From Eledone cirrhosa (Eukaryota), in NCBI GenBank assembly GCA_964016885.1, contig OZ024742.1:171058001-171122000 (forward strand): a DNA stretch of 64,000 nucleotides. The letters run 5' to 3'. This document shows positions 1-11,989 of this stretch, one piece after another. A program made the translations under genes and the position numbers. How positions within the stretch are numbered: position 1 is the first letter of the stretch; each line of letters starts with the position of its first letter. The notes under the pieces are model-generated. The model saw nothing but the letters and a program-made list of their open reading frames with translations. It was not told the origin of the DNA and did not search any database.

Positions 1-1549
1 CCAGAGGAAAGCTGCTGAGGAGTTCAGACATTAATCTTGATCGGGGGAACGTGATAAGAGACCTTGATCAAGAAAAAATTTAGGAGACGGAATCAAGCAC
101 TCGACAATGAGGGAAAGGATAAGGAAGGAATGTTACCGCAGAGTAAGAGCAATCTTAAGAACGGAATTGAATGCAAGCAATAGGATCGATGCCATAAACA
201 CGCTTGCCATACCAGTAGTAACCTACAGTTACAATGTCATCAACTGGTCAAGCACAGAGATCCGTAGGCTCGATACAAAAATTCGAAAATTCTTAACCAT
301 GCACAGAATGCATCACCCTAAGGCAGATACAGATAGAATATATCTCCCTAGGAAAGAGGGAGGACGTGGGTTAATCCAGTTAGATATTGCGTTGAAAACT
401 GCAACAATTGGATTATCTACATATCTAAGGGAATCACATGATTGGATGATCAAACTCGTTTTGAAACACGAAAGCATCAAAAGATCATATTCCATTACAA
501 AAGATGCACAAAAATACAGTAATGCACTACAAATTTCAGAAGTCCCATTTACTGCTGAAATGGAAAACACAGAAAAAGCAAAGCAGAAAGAACTGCTACA
601 GAAACTGGCTAAGAAATGGCAAGAAAAGCCTCTGTATGGAAAATACCTAGAACGAGCTAACAATCCTGATGTTGACAAAACTTTAACCCATCAGTGGTTG
701 GCATCCTCTGGACTGAAATCGGAGACTGAAGGACTGATAATATCAGCACAAGATCAGTGTCTGCAAACAAAAAATTACCAAGCCAACATGATAAAAAATG
801 GATGCAGCCCATTATGCCGTGTATGCAAAAAACAACCAGAGACCATTGGCCATATAATTTCAATGTGCAGTCCTATAGCTCCAACCGAATACCTAAACAG
901 GCATGACAGAGCTGCACAATACATACATTGGATAATGTGTAAGCACTTTGACCTGCCCCATCAAAAGAATTGGTGGGAGCATCAACCACCTCCCATACTT
1001 GAAAAAGATCACATCTCAATCTTGTGGAACTTTAGCATCCAAACAGACCGAAAAATAGATGCAAATACACCTGATATAATATTGAAGGACTTTAAAAAGA
1101 GGGTATGCCTGCTAATTGAAATGTCCGTTCCAATAGACAAGAATGTATCTATAAAAACATTTGAAAAATTGAGCAAGTATAAGGACCTGGAGATAGAAAT
1201 TGGAAAAATGTGGAAATTGAGAACTAAAACAATACCAGTGGTTGTAGGCGCTCTGGGAATGATACCTAAGGGGTCTAATGATTACTTATCGTAAATCCCA
1301 GGAAACCCGCGTATAGGAGAAATACAAAAGATAGTACTAATGGGAACTGCCCATATACTAAGGAAGATTCTGTCAATATAAGTACATCACAAGTCTAAAT
1401 ACTAAAGATGCATGTGTGAGTATGTATGTTATTTCTTGAACATGGCGGACCTTGTTGTCTCTTGAGGTCACTGGTTGTGACTTGGTGATAACTCGTATGA
1501 ACATAAAGCAAGATAAATGCAACTGTAATAATAATAATAATAATAATAA
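1..1549 (+). mobile_element. R4/Dong-clade non-LTR retrotransposon, family A, 3' part (RT C-terminus, CCHC finger, REL endonuclease, 3' UTR, (TAA)n tail); premature stop
   Basis: ORF 107-1294 has CRVCKKQPETIGHIISMC, RHD and PDIIL...LIEMSVP...KLSKY. The frame continues past TAA (1292-1294) as IPGNPRIGEIQKIVLMGTAHILRKILSI to ~1381. (TAA)n at 1526-1549. Confidence 0.9.
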
Positions 1550-1550
1550 A

Positions 1551-1916
1551 GCCTGCCCATTTGACACGAGAGTGCAAGAAAAGGAGAGGGAGAATATTAA
1601 CCGATACGAGGACTTAAAGTGGGAGGTAAAAATGATTTGGAACTGCCATGAAGTCAGAGTCGTCCCGATTGTCATAGGCGCACTAGGTACTATCTCAAAG
1701 AGTTTTCAAGGATGGTTAAAGAAAGGTAGTCCAGCCCCGCTTTTTGGAACACTTCAAAAGGCATGCCTGCTGGGAACAGCAAGAACCCTCCGATACGTCC
1801 TGAATATCTGAGGCTGCAGGTAGCGGCTTGATATTCATTTCAACAAACTTTCTAGTTAAATAACATCAATGACTGAGACTCAAAGAACAATAATAATAAT
1901 AATAATAATAATAATA
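1551..1916 (+). mobile_element. R4/Dong family B, 5'-truncated copy (REL C-terminus + 3' UTR + (TAA)n)
   Basis: ACPFDTRVQEKERENINRYEDLKWE...GTARTLRYVLNI; nearly identical to 54011-54350; starts directly after the family A tail. Confidence 0.88.
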
Positions 1917-1919
1917 GTG

Positions 1920-1980
<61 letters not shown>

Positions 1981-1982
<2 letters not shown>

Positions 1983-2352
1983 AGCCGATGCTCAAATTTG
2001 TACTGAAGGAGAAGACAATAGACGAGGGGGATGTCGAAAAAGGAAGTAGCAACAAAGAGGAAGAGCAACCTTCATGAAAAAACCCTTCGTAGAACCTTAT
2101 TTATGAAAACGGAATTCCGGATACACAGACATGGTGCTGGTTAAAAAGAGGAGTCCTTAGAAAAGTTACAGAGGGAATGCTACTGACTGCACAAGCCCTC
2201 AGATCGAAGTGGGTGAAACACCATATTGACAAGGAAGAGGCTAGCCCACTCTGTAGGATCTGTGGATCTGTGGAGAGAGGGGAAGAGAGAAAGAGAGGAA
2301 GAGAGAGAGAGAGAGAGAGAGGAAGAGAGAGAAAGGAAGAGAGAGAGAGAGA

Positions 2353-2405
<53 letters not shown>

Positions 2406-2983
2406 GAATCTGTGGCTCACATCGTATCCGTTTGTAAACACCTGACCCAGACTCACTATAAAAGATGGGGGCACAATAAAATAGGAATGGTGATTTATGC
2501 AAATTAAATAATATACTACATTCTGAGACGTTGTATGAGCATAAGCTAGAGTCGGTGATAGAAAACGCTCAAGTGAAGGTGTTATAGGATTTCAGGATAC
2601 AGACAGACAAGAAATTAGAACACAATAGTCCTGACCTGGTGATTTTTGACAAGGAAAACAGATCGTGCTTGATTGTAAATGAAGGCTACCTCTTTGGCAC
2701 AAGAGTGCAAGAAAAGGAGGAGGAGTAAATTAATCGAAACCAGGATTTAAAGTGGGAATTGAAAATGATTTGAGACTGTAATGAGATGAAGACGTCCCGA
2801 TTGTCATAGGAGCACTAGGTACTATGTCGAAGAGTTTTCAAGGATGGTTTAAGAACATTAGTCCAGCCCCCTTTTTTGGTATGCTTGCTGGGAACAGCAA
2901 GAACCCTCCGATACGTCTTTAATATCTGAGGATGCAGGTAGCGGCTTCCAGTTAAATGACATCAATGACTGAGACTCCAAGTA

Positions 2984-3031
<48 letters not shown>
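1981..3031 (+). mobile_element. R4/Dong family B, diverged 5'-truncated copy with internal (GA)n expansion
   Basis: Aligns by eye to 53425-54345 (WLKRG, CRICG, WDFRIQTDKKLEHN-like segments) with stops and indels; (GA)n at 2271-2400; (TAA)n tail at 2984-3031. Confidence 0.85.
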
Positions 3032-3036
<5 letters not shown>

Positions 3037-3088
3037 CAACAACAACAACAACAACAGCAACAATAATGATAAAGTAATAATAAAATAA

Positions 3089-3279
3089 TAATTGTTTCTA
3101 CTTTAGGCACAAGGCCAGCAATTATCCCAGTGTATTACTGGTACTTTATTTTATCGAGCCCGTAAGGATGAAAGGCAAACTAACCTCGACGGGATTTGAA
3201 CTCAGACCATAAAGGGCCGTAACTCTTTGCTGCAAAGCATGGCGTCCGACCCTCTACCGATACTGCCAATCCACCGCCA
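3089..3279 (-). mobile_element. tRNA-derived SINE with Deu/Nin-like core, full length
   Basis: Minus strand reads GGCGGTGGATTGGCAGTATCGG (A box), GAGTTCAAATCC (B box), GCCTTTCATCCTTACGGG..CGATAAAATAAAGTACCAG core and an (ATT)n tail; many copies in the window. Confidence 0.85.
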
Positions 3280-3974
3280 TAATAATGAAATAGTTAACAT
3301 GGAACATTGTGAAACGTGTGTTTAGGCACGATTTGGGAAAATCAGTGCAATGCAAGTTAGAAATACAAGAGTACAAATTAGAGTAGGGTAAACTAAAGCA
3401 AAGAAACAAAATAAAAAAAAATAGTTTACAATTTTACATTATATTTCATATGTTTGTGTTTGGACCATTTTTCAAAAGAATAGAAATAGAGTGTAGAGGT
3501 GCAAACAAGTGACACACTTGATTTGGAGGGACGGTGTCATGGGTAAACTGTTGTAGTTACAATAGTCAATCGGTTTCACGCAACTGGTATCTGCTCTTAA
3601 TGAGAGGTCTTAACTTACTGATATGTGTAGCCTTTTTGTCAAGGAAGTTTCCAACATTTCTTTCGGTAGACTGAATGGTAATTTTGATATCTTAGGTGCG
3701 ACATTTCTTTCGCTATTTTTTAGCAGAAGCACTCGTGTGGATGTGTTCTTTGATCCGTATGTGTAGTTTATAAAATAGCAATAATAATAAACACTCAAGG
3801 AGAAAAAGGTGGGGATGATTTACAAGATTGAGATTTTTCTGTTATACGAGCTGCTGTTTACCTTCTCAGGAATGGTGAGGTTATTACTACTTGGCCTGCA
3901 GACTATACAATATCTTGCATTCCTATATTCAATCTCTCTCTCTCCCCCTCCCTCCACCTCTCGCTCTCTCTCTC

Positions 3975-4047
3975 ATATATATATATAAATAAATATATAT
4001 ATATATGTATACAAATATATGTATATAGATATAGATATATATATGTG

Positions 4048-4097
<50 letters not shown>

Positions 4098-4119
4098 ATA
4101 TATATATATACATATATAC

Positions 4120-4171
<52 letters not shown>

Positions 4172-4186
4172 TATATACATATATAC

Positions 4187-4237
<51 letters not shown>

Positions 4238-4297
4238 CATATATATATACATATATATATATATACATATATGTATATATATATGTATATATATATG

Positions 4298-4331
<34 letters not shown>

Positions 4332-4725
4332 ATATGTATATATATATTATATGTGTGTAGTGTACATGTGCGTGTACGTGTGTTCATGTGATATGCTTAT
4401 ATACACATGTATATAGCCATAAAAATAAATATATGTATGTCTACAAATGTACAACGAACGAAATTGACAATGATGAATTACTTTGCTTGATAAGCCAGGA
4501 GTACCAGCCAGAGAGGGAGATAATAAAGAATATTGTGTGTACATATATTTATGTGTTTTTGAGTATACACACACACATTATATATATAAATACATATATA
4601 TATATACATACATATATATAAATACATATATATATATACAAACATATATATAAATACACATATATATATATACAAACATACATATAAATATATATATATA
4701 TATATACAAACATACATACATATAT
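3975..4725. repeat. Interrupted (TA)n microsatellite block
   Basis: Direct reading. Confidence 0.9.
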
Positions 4726-4803
4726 ATTACCCACTCTACTACCTCAAGTATTGAGTACTTTGGTGCGTTATGGTCCACCTGGTTCCTTACCACATTTCCT
4801 TCG

Positions 4804-4806
<3 letters not shown>
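4725..4806 (+). mobile_element. Solo 3'-terminal segment of the PLE family at 41611-44697, flanked by (TA)n
   Basis: Matches 44616-44697 and 39311-39392. Confidence 0.85.
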
Positions 4807-4861
<55 letters not shown>

Positions 4862-6470
4862 TTGTATGTATGAATGTATGTTATGTGTAAATACAAGGAT
4901 ATATATAACTATGTACACTTGCATACAGACACACACACTAATATATACGTAAATCTACATACATATAAATATATACTGATTGGTCAACAAGTAATCTCGA
5001 AACTCAGATTAGCAGTATAGAGTCATCTCAACAGTGTAATAATGATATATACTCTACATTGTTATTAAACATGTTTTCCTCATGTTTGCAAGTCTAAACT
5101 TGCATCAGATAATGCAGCTAATTCTATAACCCTCACTTCTCTTCTCGAAAGTTTGAAAAGCAAAATTGACCTTAGCAGGATTTGAACTCACAGTCCGGAG
5201 ATCCAGAACGAATACTGCAAATCATACTATCAGACGTGCTATCGGATCTGTCAATTTGCTACCATTAAACTGTTAATATTTATCTAAAAACATTCCGTAA
5301 TAATTTTATTTAAAAAATCTTTGTAATGCATATGTATGATTATATAAATGTGTAAGACACAAACACATATATATATAGTCTATCAAAGTTCTTTCGTTGC
5401 ACATCTGCAACATCGTCAGTGGTGCTATTATGTTTCCTCCCGTTGCATTGTATGCTTACGCCATCTTTATTTAGTCTGTTTATTTAGATCCTACCATTAC
5501 TCCTAATACCCGCATTAATATGAATAACTCAAACTCTCTAAAAATCATCAATCCTAACGCTTCTGAATACTTCTATAATAATATTACTACAAACCATACG
5601 AAAACACCTAACTCCATTAATCTTAAAAAAGTAGTTAATAATAACATCTTATATCTTAATTCTCACAATAAACCTAATGATATATTACCCATTTCATTGA
5701 ACCTTCAACCTAACCAAACTACATCCTTACAATCCAATAAACCAGAGAAACGTATCCGAACTACTATAAATAACAAGAATAATACCAAAATACTAGGTCC
5801 AATCAATAAGGCTCCATTAATAAAACTCCCAATATCATCTATAAATCAAGCAAAAAAACAATAAATCAAAAACTAATACAATTCAAAAATCTACTAAACA
5901 ATCTGTTCACCTAATAACAATCACAATATTATAGTATCATCTGATAACAACACAAACTAACTATAATAATACTACAACGCATAACCAGAATATCATTACC
6001 TATCCACCAGTTACATCCACTCACTCACCTCACGGTTGTAATTGTAGAGTAAAAAGTAATTGCCCCTTAAATGGAAATTGCTTAATTAATAATATAGTGT
6101 ATAAATGTATAATTACTAATCAATCCTATATTGGATCCACATCTAATCCGTTTAAATCGAGATTTTAAGCACACAATCACAGTTTTCGAAACACAAGATT
6201 AGCTAATACCACTTCTTTAGCGGAAGCAGTTAATAATTGTAAAAAGAAGAAAATTAATTATAACCTAACTTGGAATATTCTCAAAAGAGCCATTTCTTAG
6301 GGCAATAGAAAGGAGTGTGGATTATGTTCCCAAGAGATTTTTGAAATTACTAAATCGAAAGACATTCTATTAAATAAAAGACAATAATTAATTATCGCAT
6401 GTAACCACAGAATTAGAAAGACATTCAAGTATTATAAATACAACTACACAAATAAAGAAAACATATAAAA

Positions 6471-6540
<70 letters not shown>

Positions 6541-7238
6541 TTTTTGCTATTAGAATTACTCCATAGATTTAATCCTATTTTTCATCCCTATAACTGTTTT
6601 AAATAATTAACTATTAATGAGCACTATATATTACATGATATTACATTATATTCAACACTAACACACATGCATTTAAACCTATTAAGAAAACCAGATTATT
6701 AATGAGATTTCTTATTCGAAAATAAAATTCCCTACAGGTAAAACTTCATTCCACCACTCTAACACAATACAATACTTACACAACTTTTATTATTTTCTTA
6801 CCTATATATTTTTTATCTACTTTTTACTTTTCTTTGGTTCCATCTATATTCCTCTTCTTGTTCTATTTTTAGAACAAATTATTCCTCTTTAACAAAGAAG
6901 TAACAAATATTTAGGATAGTTCTATACCATTCTACTGGATATAACACACTGATATCTGCACCCCTTTTCCTCCAACTTTAATCTTCCTTGACCGTCCACA
7001 CTTTTCTGAAATTTCTATACAATCTGTCTAAATTCCTTTACACTCGCAACTTTCTTTTCTTAAAAGTCATTCGATACCTAATCCCCTGACTGCTAATTTA
7101 TTCATCTACTACTACCAGCTTAATGATCTATATTGCCCCTTCCTATTTTTACTATTGGTCAATCACAACCTTGTTCTTAAAAGGTTACTTATTCATACAT
7201 GTTTTTATATTCTTCAATAAACAAAACTCATTATTTCT

Positions 7239-7372
7239 ACGTCCCTTTACGGTCTGAGTTCAAATCCCGTCGAGGTTAACTTTGCCTTTCATCCTTACGG
7301 GGTCGATAAAATAAAGTACCAGTAATGTACTAGGTATTTGCTGGCCTTGTGCCAAAAGTAGAAACAATTATT
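7239..7372 (+). mobile_element. 5'-truncated SINE inserted into a hammerhead core, 9-bp TSD
   Basis: TSD ATTATTTCT at 7230-7238 and 7367-7375; B box and core present. Confidence 0.85.
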
Positions 7373-7517
7373 TCTGAGGACGTATAGGTAGGGAAGACGT
7401 ATGTATATTTTCTTACTTTGATAATTTGTAATATATTTTACTTAGATCACTAATAAAATGAACATACGGAGAACTACCCCCCCCCCCCCCAGAAACGTTC
7501 GTAAAATAATGAGTTTT
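7367..7517 (+). ncRNA. Type I hammerhead ribozyme with long stem II
   Basis: CTGAGGA 7374-7380; GAAA 7492-7495; stem III CG-tt-CG; GUA site (A7503). The 3' strand AAATAATGAGTTTT pairs with 7223-7236 (14 bp) or with the TSD copy (7 bp). Confidence 0.7.
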
Positions 7518-7728
7518 ACTATGAATTACCCGTATTTTGTTTAATTTCATTGTTTTCACTATTTGTATTATTTTGACTCTGCTTCCAATGAATTATATCG
7601 TTGAAATTTTGTATTTTAAACTTTGCTTCACGACATCTTCTACATTCGGAATACATTGAGTTCTTCATACGGCTTGGACCCTACCATTAATTGGTGGATT
7701 TATCTGTGTGTGTGTATATATATATATG

Positions 7729-7867
7729 ATAACGAAGGAAGTGTGGTAAGGAACCAGATGGACCATAACGCACCAGAGTACTCGATAGGGTAGTAGAGAG
7801 GGTAATAGGAAAATGTTTAAACCCGACGGCGTTTTGGTCCATCTGGTTCCTTACCACACTGCCTTCG

Positions 7868-7871
<4 letters not shown>
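7729..7871. mobile_element. Head-to-head hairpin of PLE 3' termini in (TA)n
   Basis: 7730-7765 is the near reverse complement of 7835-7870; same family as 4725 and 44616. Confidence 0.8.
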
Positions 7872-7924
<53 letters not shown>

Positions 7925-7988
7925 TATATATATACATATATATTATATATATATATATATGATATATATATATAATATATATATATAT

Positions 7989-10900
7989 GTCCTGGGTATG
8001 ACATTAAACTACATCCAGTGGCAAGGCTCCAGTTCGGGAGTTCAGGAGATGTGGGGAATGTGGAGTTACCCCTTAGTTGTCATGACTCCCAGGTCTGCCC
8101 TGGCCCGGGGTGGTAGTACCTGTTAGGGCTCCATTTATGGGTTAAATAACTACCTTATTCGAGTGGCGCCGGTAGGGTATTGTCAGCCATTGAAAAGAAA
8201 TATGGAGAGTCGATCTAACAGCACTAGGGTTAGAGCCCCTAATTACACTGTCAAAGAGCAGCCTGGTCGTTATGACTCTGCTGGCTTAGAGCCACAGAGA
8301 GGGCCAGTGGATGATGGATCAGCTGTCTCTGAGACAAATATAAAGAATGCAGTTTTGTCCTGCAGAAGAGCCATCAAAATGGGCACTTTGAATGTGAGGA
8401 CTATTCGAACGCTGGAGAAGAGAGAGGAGTTGGGACATCTGTTCGAGGAGAGTGGTATACAGATACTTGCGATCCAAGAACACAGGATTCTACACGATGA
8501 GCCCGTGAGAAGTGTGATGATCGGGAGGAAGAGCCAGCTCATCACTACATCGGCAGTGAAGAACACAACAAATGCTGCAGTGGGAGGAGTGGGTTTTGTG
8601 TTCAGTGCAAAAACCAATCTGTTGGTGAGGGAAATAATGCCTATCTCCTCGCGAGTGTTGAGGGTGACCTTCAATGGAAACCCAAGACTGACAGTCATCT
8701 CAGCCTATAGTCCAACCGAGGGGGACAGTGATGTGAATGCAGAGGAGTTCCATGAGGAGGTGTGTAGAGCTGTCAACACCACTCAGGCACACAATATCCT
8801 GCTTGTTTTGGGGGACTTCAATGCACATCTGAGTAAGGAGGGCAGTGAAGATCCTTGCTGGTACTTCCATAACAACACCAACCGAAATGGAAGACTACTG
8901 AGAGACACCCTGCTGGAGGCGAACTTGATGGCGACCAACCTAAGGTTTAGGAAGAATCTGGGGAAGATGTGGACCTACATCTCAGATATGCACCTGTCCA
9001 AGTCCCAGATTGATTTCATTCTGGTGAGGAAAAAGTGGCGGAATAGTGTTCTGAACACGGAACCATACAGCTATTTCAGTACACTGGGTAGTGACCACCG
9101 GCTTGTTATGAGTGAGGTCCGCGTGAGCTTAAGAAAGAGCAAGGCTCAGCCCCGGAGAACAATATATGACTGGGGAGCTTTCAAGGAAGATGATAAGCTA
9201 CAGGAGAGGTTCACAGTGGAAGTGAGAAACAGGTTTAGTGCTCTGTGTGGAGAGTCAGAGGAGAGAGAGATTGGATGGACTGAGGAGAGTGTGACGAGGA
9301 GGTACGGGCACTTCACCAATGCAGTGGCGAAAGCAAGTGAAACCCTGGTGCCGAGGAAAAAGAACAAAGGGAAGCACGTCAGCTCTGCAAACCCAAAAGT
9401 GTGTGCAGCCAGAGAACACCTGAAAGCTGCCAGGGACCAATTCTATGCTGATCATACGGAGGAGAGGATGGAGACTGTGGAGGTGATGAGGGAAGAGCTC
9501 TGTACCGCTTACACTGAGGTCAGAGAGGAGGCACTGATAGAGAAGATCAGAAGTGTGGAGAGAGCGGTTGACAGATCTGGATGTAAGGAGAGCTGGATGA
9601 TCATCAACGAGATCACAGGGAGGAAGAAAAGGTGTTCGAGTCAGATCCAGGGAACGGGGCCCGAGGATAGGAAGAGGAAATGGCTAGACCATTTTAGGAC
9701 CCTACTAGGAGAGCCACCCTCCACAGCCCAGAGCACTGGGGAGATCAAGCGGCTGTTTGAGGAACTGGATGTTGAGACAGAGCCCTTCACCAGAGAGGAG
9801 CTTCAGAGAGCCAAGAAGAAGATCAAGGAGGGCAAGGCTCATGGAGAAGATGGAGTGGCATCAGAGGTGATGAAGAGGTGTGATTTTGATGATATCATCC
9901 TGGGGTTCTGTAACGGGGCACTGGAGAAAGGAGTTGCCCCGAATCAGTGGAGGATCAGTAACATAGTCCCAGTGCCAAAGAAGGGAGATCTCTCTAACAC
10001 CAACAACTACCGGGGGATCTCACTGACGTCACTTGTGGCAAAGACCCTCAACAGGATGATTCTTAACAGGATCCAGCCTGAGATGGAGAGGAAGCTCAGG
10101 GACAACCAGAACGGCTTCAGAGAGGGTAGATCAACCACCAGTCACATCCTGATGCTGAGGAGGATATTAGAGGGAGCTAGAGCAAAGTGCCTTCCTGCGG
10201 TCATGGTTTTCATTGACTTTAGGAAGGCCTTTGATTCTGTGGACTGTTACTGCCTGATGAAGATCTTACAGGCTTATGGAATCCCCAAGAGGATAGTGGA
10301 CCTGATATCACTGCTCTACACCAACACCAAAGCCCAAGTCATTACACCTGATGGGATGACAGAGTTCTTTGAGATACTGGCTGGAGTGCTCCAGGGAGAT
10401 ACATTGGCTCCCTACCTTTTTGTCATCGTAGTGGACTATTGTATGCGCCTTGCACTGGAGAAACACCAGGACTCTGGCTTTACTGTAGCACCGGCTCAGA
10501 GCAGGAGAGTTGGGGCGAAAAAGGTATCGGATGCTGAATTTGCCGACGACATAGTTTTGGTGACAGATACAGTGAAGGAGGCAGAGGATTTGATGCGGGA
10601 GGTTGAGACTGTGTCGATGAGTGTGGGGCTGAGAATGAATGAGACTAAAACAAAATATCTGGTGGAGAATGTTGAGAAGCCAGAGGGGATCACTAATGTA
10701 GGCGGGAAGCCGCTGGAATTGGTTGAGGACTTCCTGTATTTGGGAGCAAAGATTGGGAATACGGAGGATGATGTGGTTGAGAGGAAGAGCAAGGCCTGGG
10801 CGGCGTGCCACAGCTTGAGATCGGTGTGGAAGTCGGACCTTCGTAGAGACCTGAAAATCCGCCTCTTCATTGCTGTAGTGGAGTCTGTGCTGCTGTGTGG

Positions 10901-11312
10901 GTCTGAGACTTGGACACTGACCAAGAAACTCACTCAGATGGTGGATGGGTGCTACACGAGAATGCTGAGGATGGCTCTGAACATTAATCAGTATACACTG
11001 AGGATGAAAAACTCAGAGCTGTATGGGAGCATCCCAAAAGTCAGCTCAAAAGTGACACAGAGGAGACTGAGGTTGGCTGGACATGCTCACCGACATCCAG
11101 AGTTGACATTGCACTCAGTGCTCCTTTGGGAGGCCCTACATGGACACACTGGAAGAGGAAGACCAAGGTTAACGTATGTTGATGCCCTAAGGACAGACAC
11201 TGGTCTGTTGGAGATGCAGGATATGGCAGCGATAATGAGGGACAGAGACTGCTGGAGAGAACTCGTCCATGGATCTCGGGAATTTTACCCGCCTTAGATA
11301 GATAGATAGATA
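7989..11312 (+). mobile_element. Apparently full-length RTE-clade LINE inserted in (TA)n
   Basis: ~210 nt 5' UTR, single APE+RT ORF, (TAGA)n tail immediately after the stop, TA repeats on both sides. Confidence 0.9.
8202..11297 (+). CDS. RTE-like APE endonuclease + reverse transcriptase (1031 aa from first ATG), uninterrupted
   Basis: APE motifs GTLNVRT, AIQEHR, SAYSPT, GDFNA, QIDFIL, SDH; RT motifs NYRGISL, QNGFR, DFRKAFDS, GVLQGDTLAP, FADD, FLYLG; C-terminal GRPRLTY. Open from GTG 8163; first ATG at 8202. Confidence 0.93.
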   Translation: MESRSNSTRVRAPNYTVKEQPGRYDSAGLEPQRGPVDDGSAVSETNIKNAVLSCRRAIKMGTLNVRTIRTLEKREELGHLFEESGIQILAIQEHRILHDEPVRSVMIGRKSQLITTSAVKNTTNAAVGGVGFVFSAKTNLLVREIMPISSRVLRVTFNGNPRLTVISAYSPTEGDSDVNAEEFHEEVCRAVNTTQAHNILLVLGDFNAHLSKEGSEDPCWYFHNNTNRNGRLLRDTLLEANLMATNLRFRKNLGKMWTYISDMHLSKSQIDFILVRKKWRNSVLNTEPYSYFSTLGSDHRLVMSEVRVSLRKSKAQPRRTIYDWGAFKEDDKLQERFTVEVRNRFSALCGESEEREIGWTEESVTRRYGHFTNAVAKASETLVPRKKNKGKHVSSANPKVCAAREHLKAARDQFYADHTEERMETVEVMREELCTAYTEVREEALIEKIRSVERAVDRSGCKESWMIINEITGRKKRCSSQIQGTGPEDRKRKWLDHFRTLLGEPPSTAQSTGEIKRLFEELDVETEPFTREELQRAKKKIKEGKAHGEDGVASEVMKRCDFDDIILGFCNGALEKGVAPNQWRISNIVPVPKKGDLSNTNNYRGISLTSLVAKTLNRMILNRIQPEMERKLRDNQNGFREGRSTTSHILMLRRILEGARAKCLPAVMVFIDFRKAFDSVDCYCLMKILQAYGIPKRIVDLISLLYTNTKAQVITPDGMTEFFEILAGVLQGDTLAPYLFVIVVDYCMRLALEKHQDSGFTVAPAQSRRVGAKKVSDAEFADDIVLVTDTVKEAEDLMREVETVSMSVGLRMNETKTKYLVENVEKPEGITNVGGKPLELVEDFLYLGAKIGNTEDDVVERKSKAWAACHSLRSVWKSDLRRDLKIRLFIAVVESVLLCGSETWTLTKKLTQMVDGCYTRMLRMALNINQYTLRMKNSELYGSIPKVSSKVTQRRLRLAGHAHRHPELTLHSVLLWEALHGHTGRGRPRLTYVDALRTDTGLLEMQDMAAIMRDRDCWRELVHGSREFYPP

Positions 11313-11318
11313 TATATA

Positions 11319-11700
11319 GAATAAGTAAAAGCGAAGTAGTTTCAGATGTTCAAGTCCTTTAATAATAATGCTGTGATATATATTTCAATGACGACACTGG
11401 CCACACAAGGGAACGGATGAAAAACCCAAAGGCACGAACTTCATCCATTCCCATGTCGATTCAATTTGGATTGCCTCGAAAACAACCTTATTATGTAACA
11501 AGCTGTCTGATGATTTCACGACACTCGCACACAGAACAGTGTGGCCAGTGTCGTCATTGAAATATATATCACAGCATTATTATTAAAGGACTTGAACATC
11601 TGAAACTACTTCGCTTTTACTTATTCGATATTTACTCCGTCACTCCTATGGGGAAAAAGTACGTTGAGTGCTTGAATTGAATTGAATCAATATTTACCCT
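11319..11700 (+). mobile_element. Short PLE-terminus hairpin element with hammerhead
   Basis: 11319-11406 is the reverse complement of 11539-11626; hammerhead and bulged stem-loop on +; TA flanks. Confidence 0.8.
11502..11575 (+). ncRNA. Minimal type I hammerhead ribozyme
   Basis: GCTGT-CTGATGA(11507-11513)-stem II (ACGACAC/GTGTCGT)-GAAA(11559-11562)-TATATA-TC-ACAGC; AUC site at 11570. Confidence 0.8.
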
Positions 11701-11787
<87 letters not shown>

Positions 11788-11812
11788 AATATATATATAT
11801 AATATATATATT

Positions 11813-11876
<64 letters not shown>

Positions 11877-11926
11877 TATGTATATACATAGATACATATA
11901 TACATATATTTCTATCTCTTTCAACG

Positions 11927-11989
<63 letters not shown>

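Larger units (their letters stand above)
5378..7705 (+). mobile_element. 5'-truncated Hydra-clade-like Penelope-like element (Asn-rich linker, GIY-YIG remnant, long 3' UTR with hammerhead)
   Basis: 6037-6468 translates CNCRVKSNCPLNGNCLINNIVYKC...SYIGSTSNPFKSRF*AHNHSF...CGLC...LLNKR...CNH with in-frame stops; flanked by TA/TG repeats. Confidence 0.8.

Noticed and set aside
1452-1811. 119-aa ORF as a single gene
   Set aside because: It is a chimera of the family A 3' UTR, the (TAA)n tail and a family B fragment.
3619-3798. Minus-strand ORF ending at a GTAAGT donor
   Set aside because: No recognisable protein, no clear acceptor and no partner exon.
8270-10933. Antisense ORFs within the RTE element
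   Set aside because: Expected shadow ORFs of a GC-richer coding strand; no motifs.
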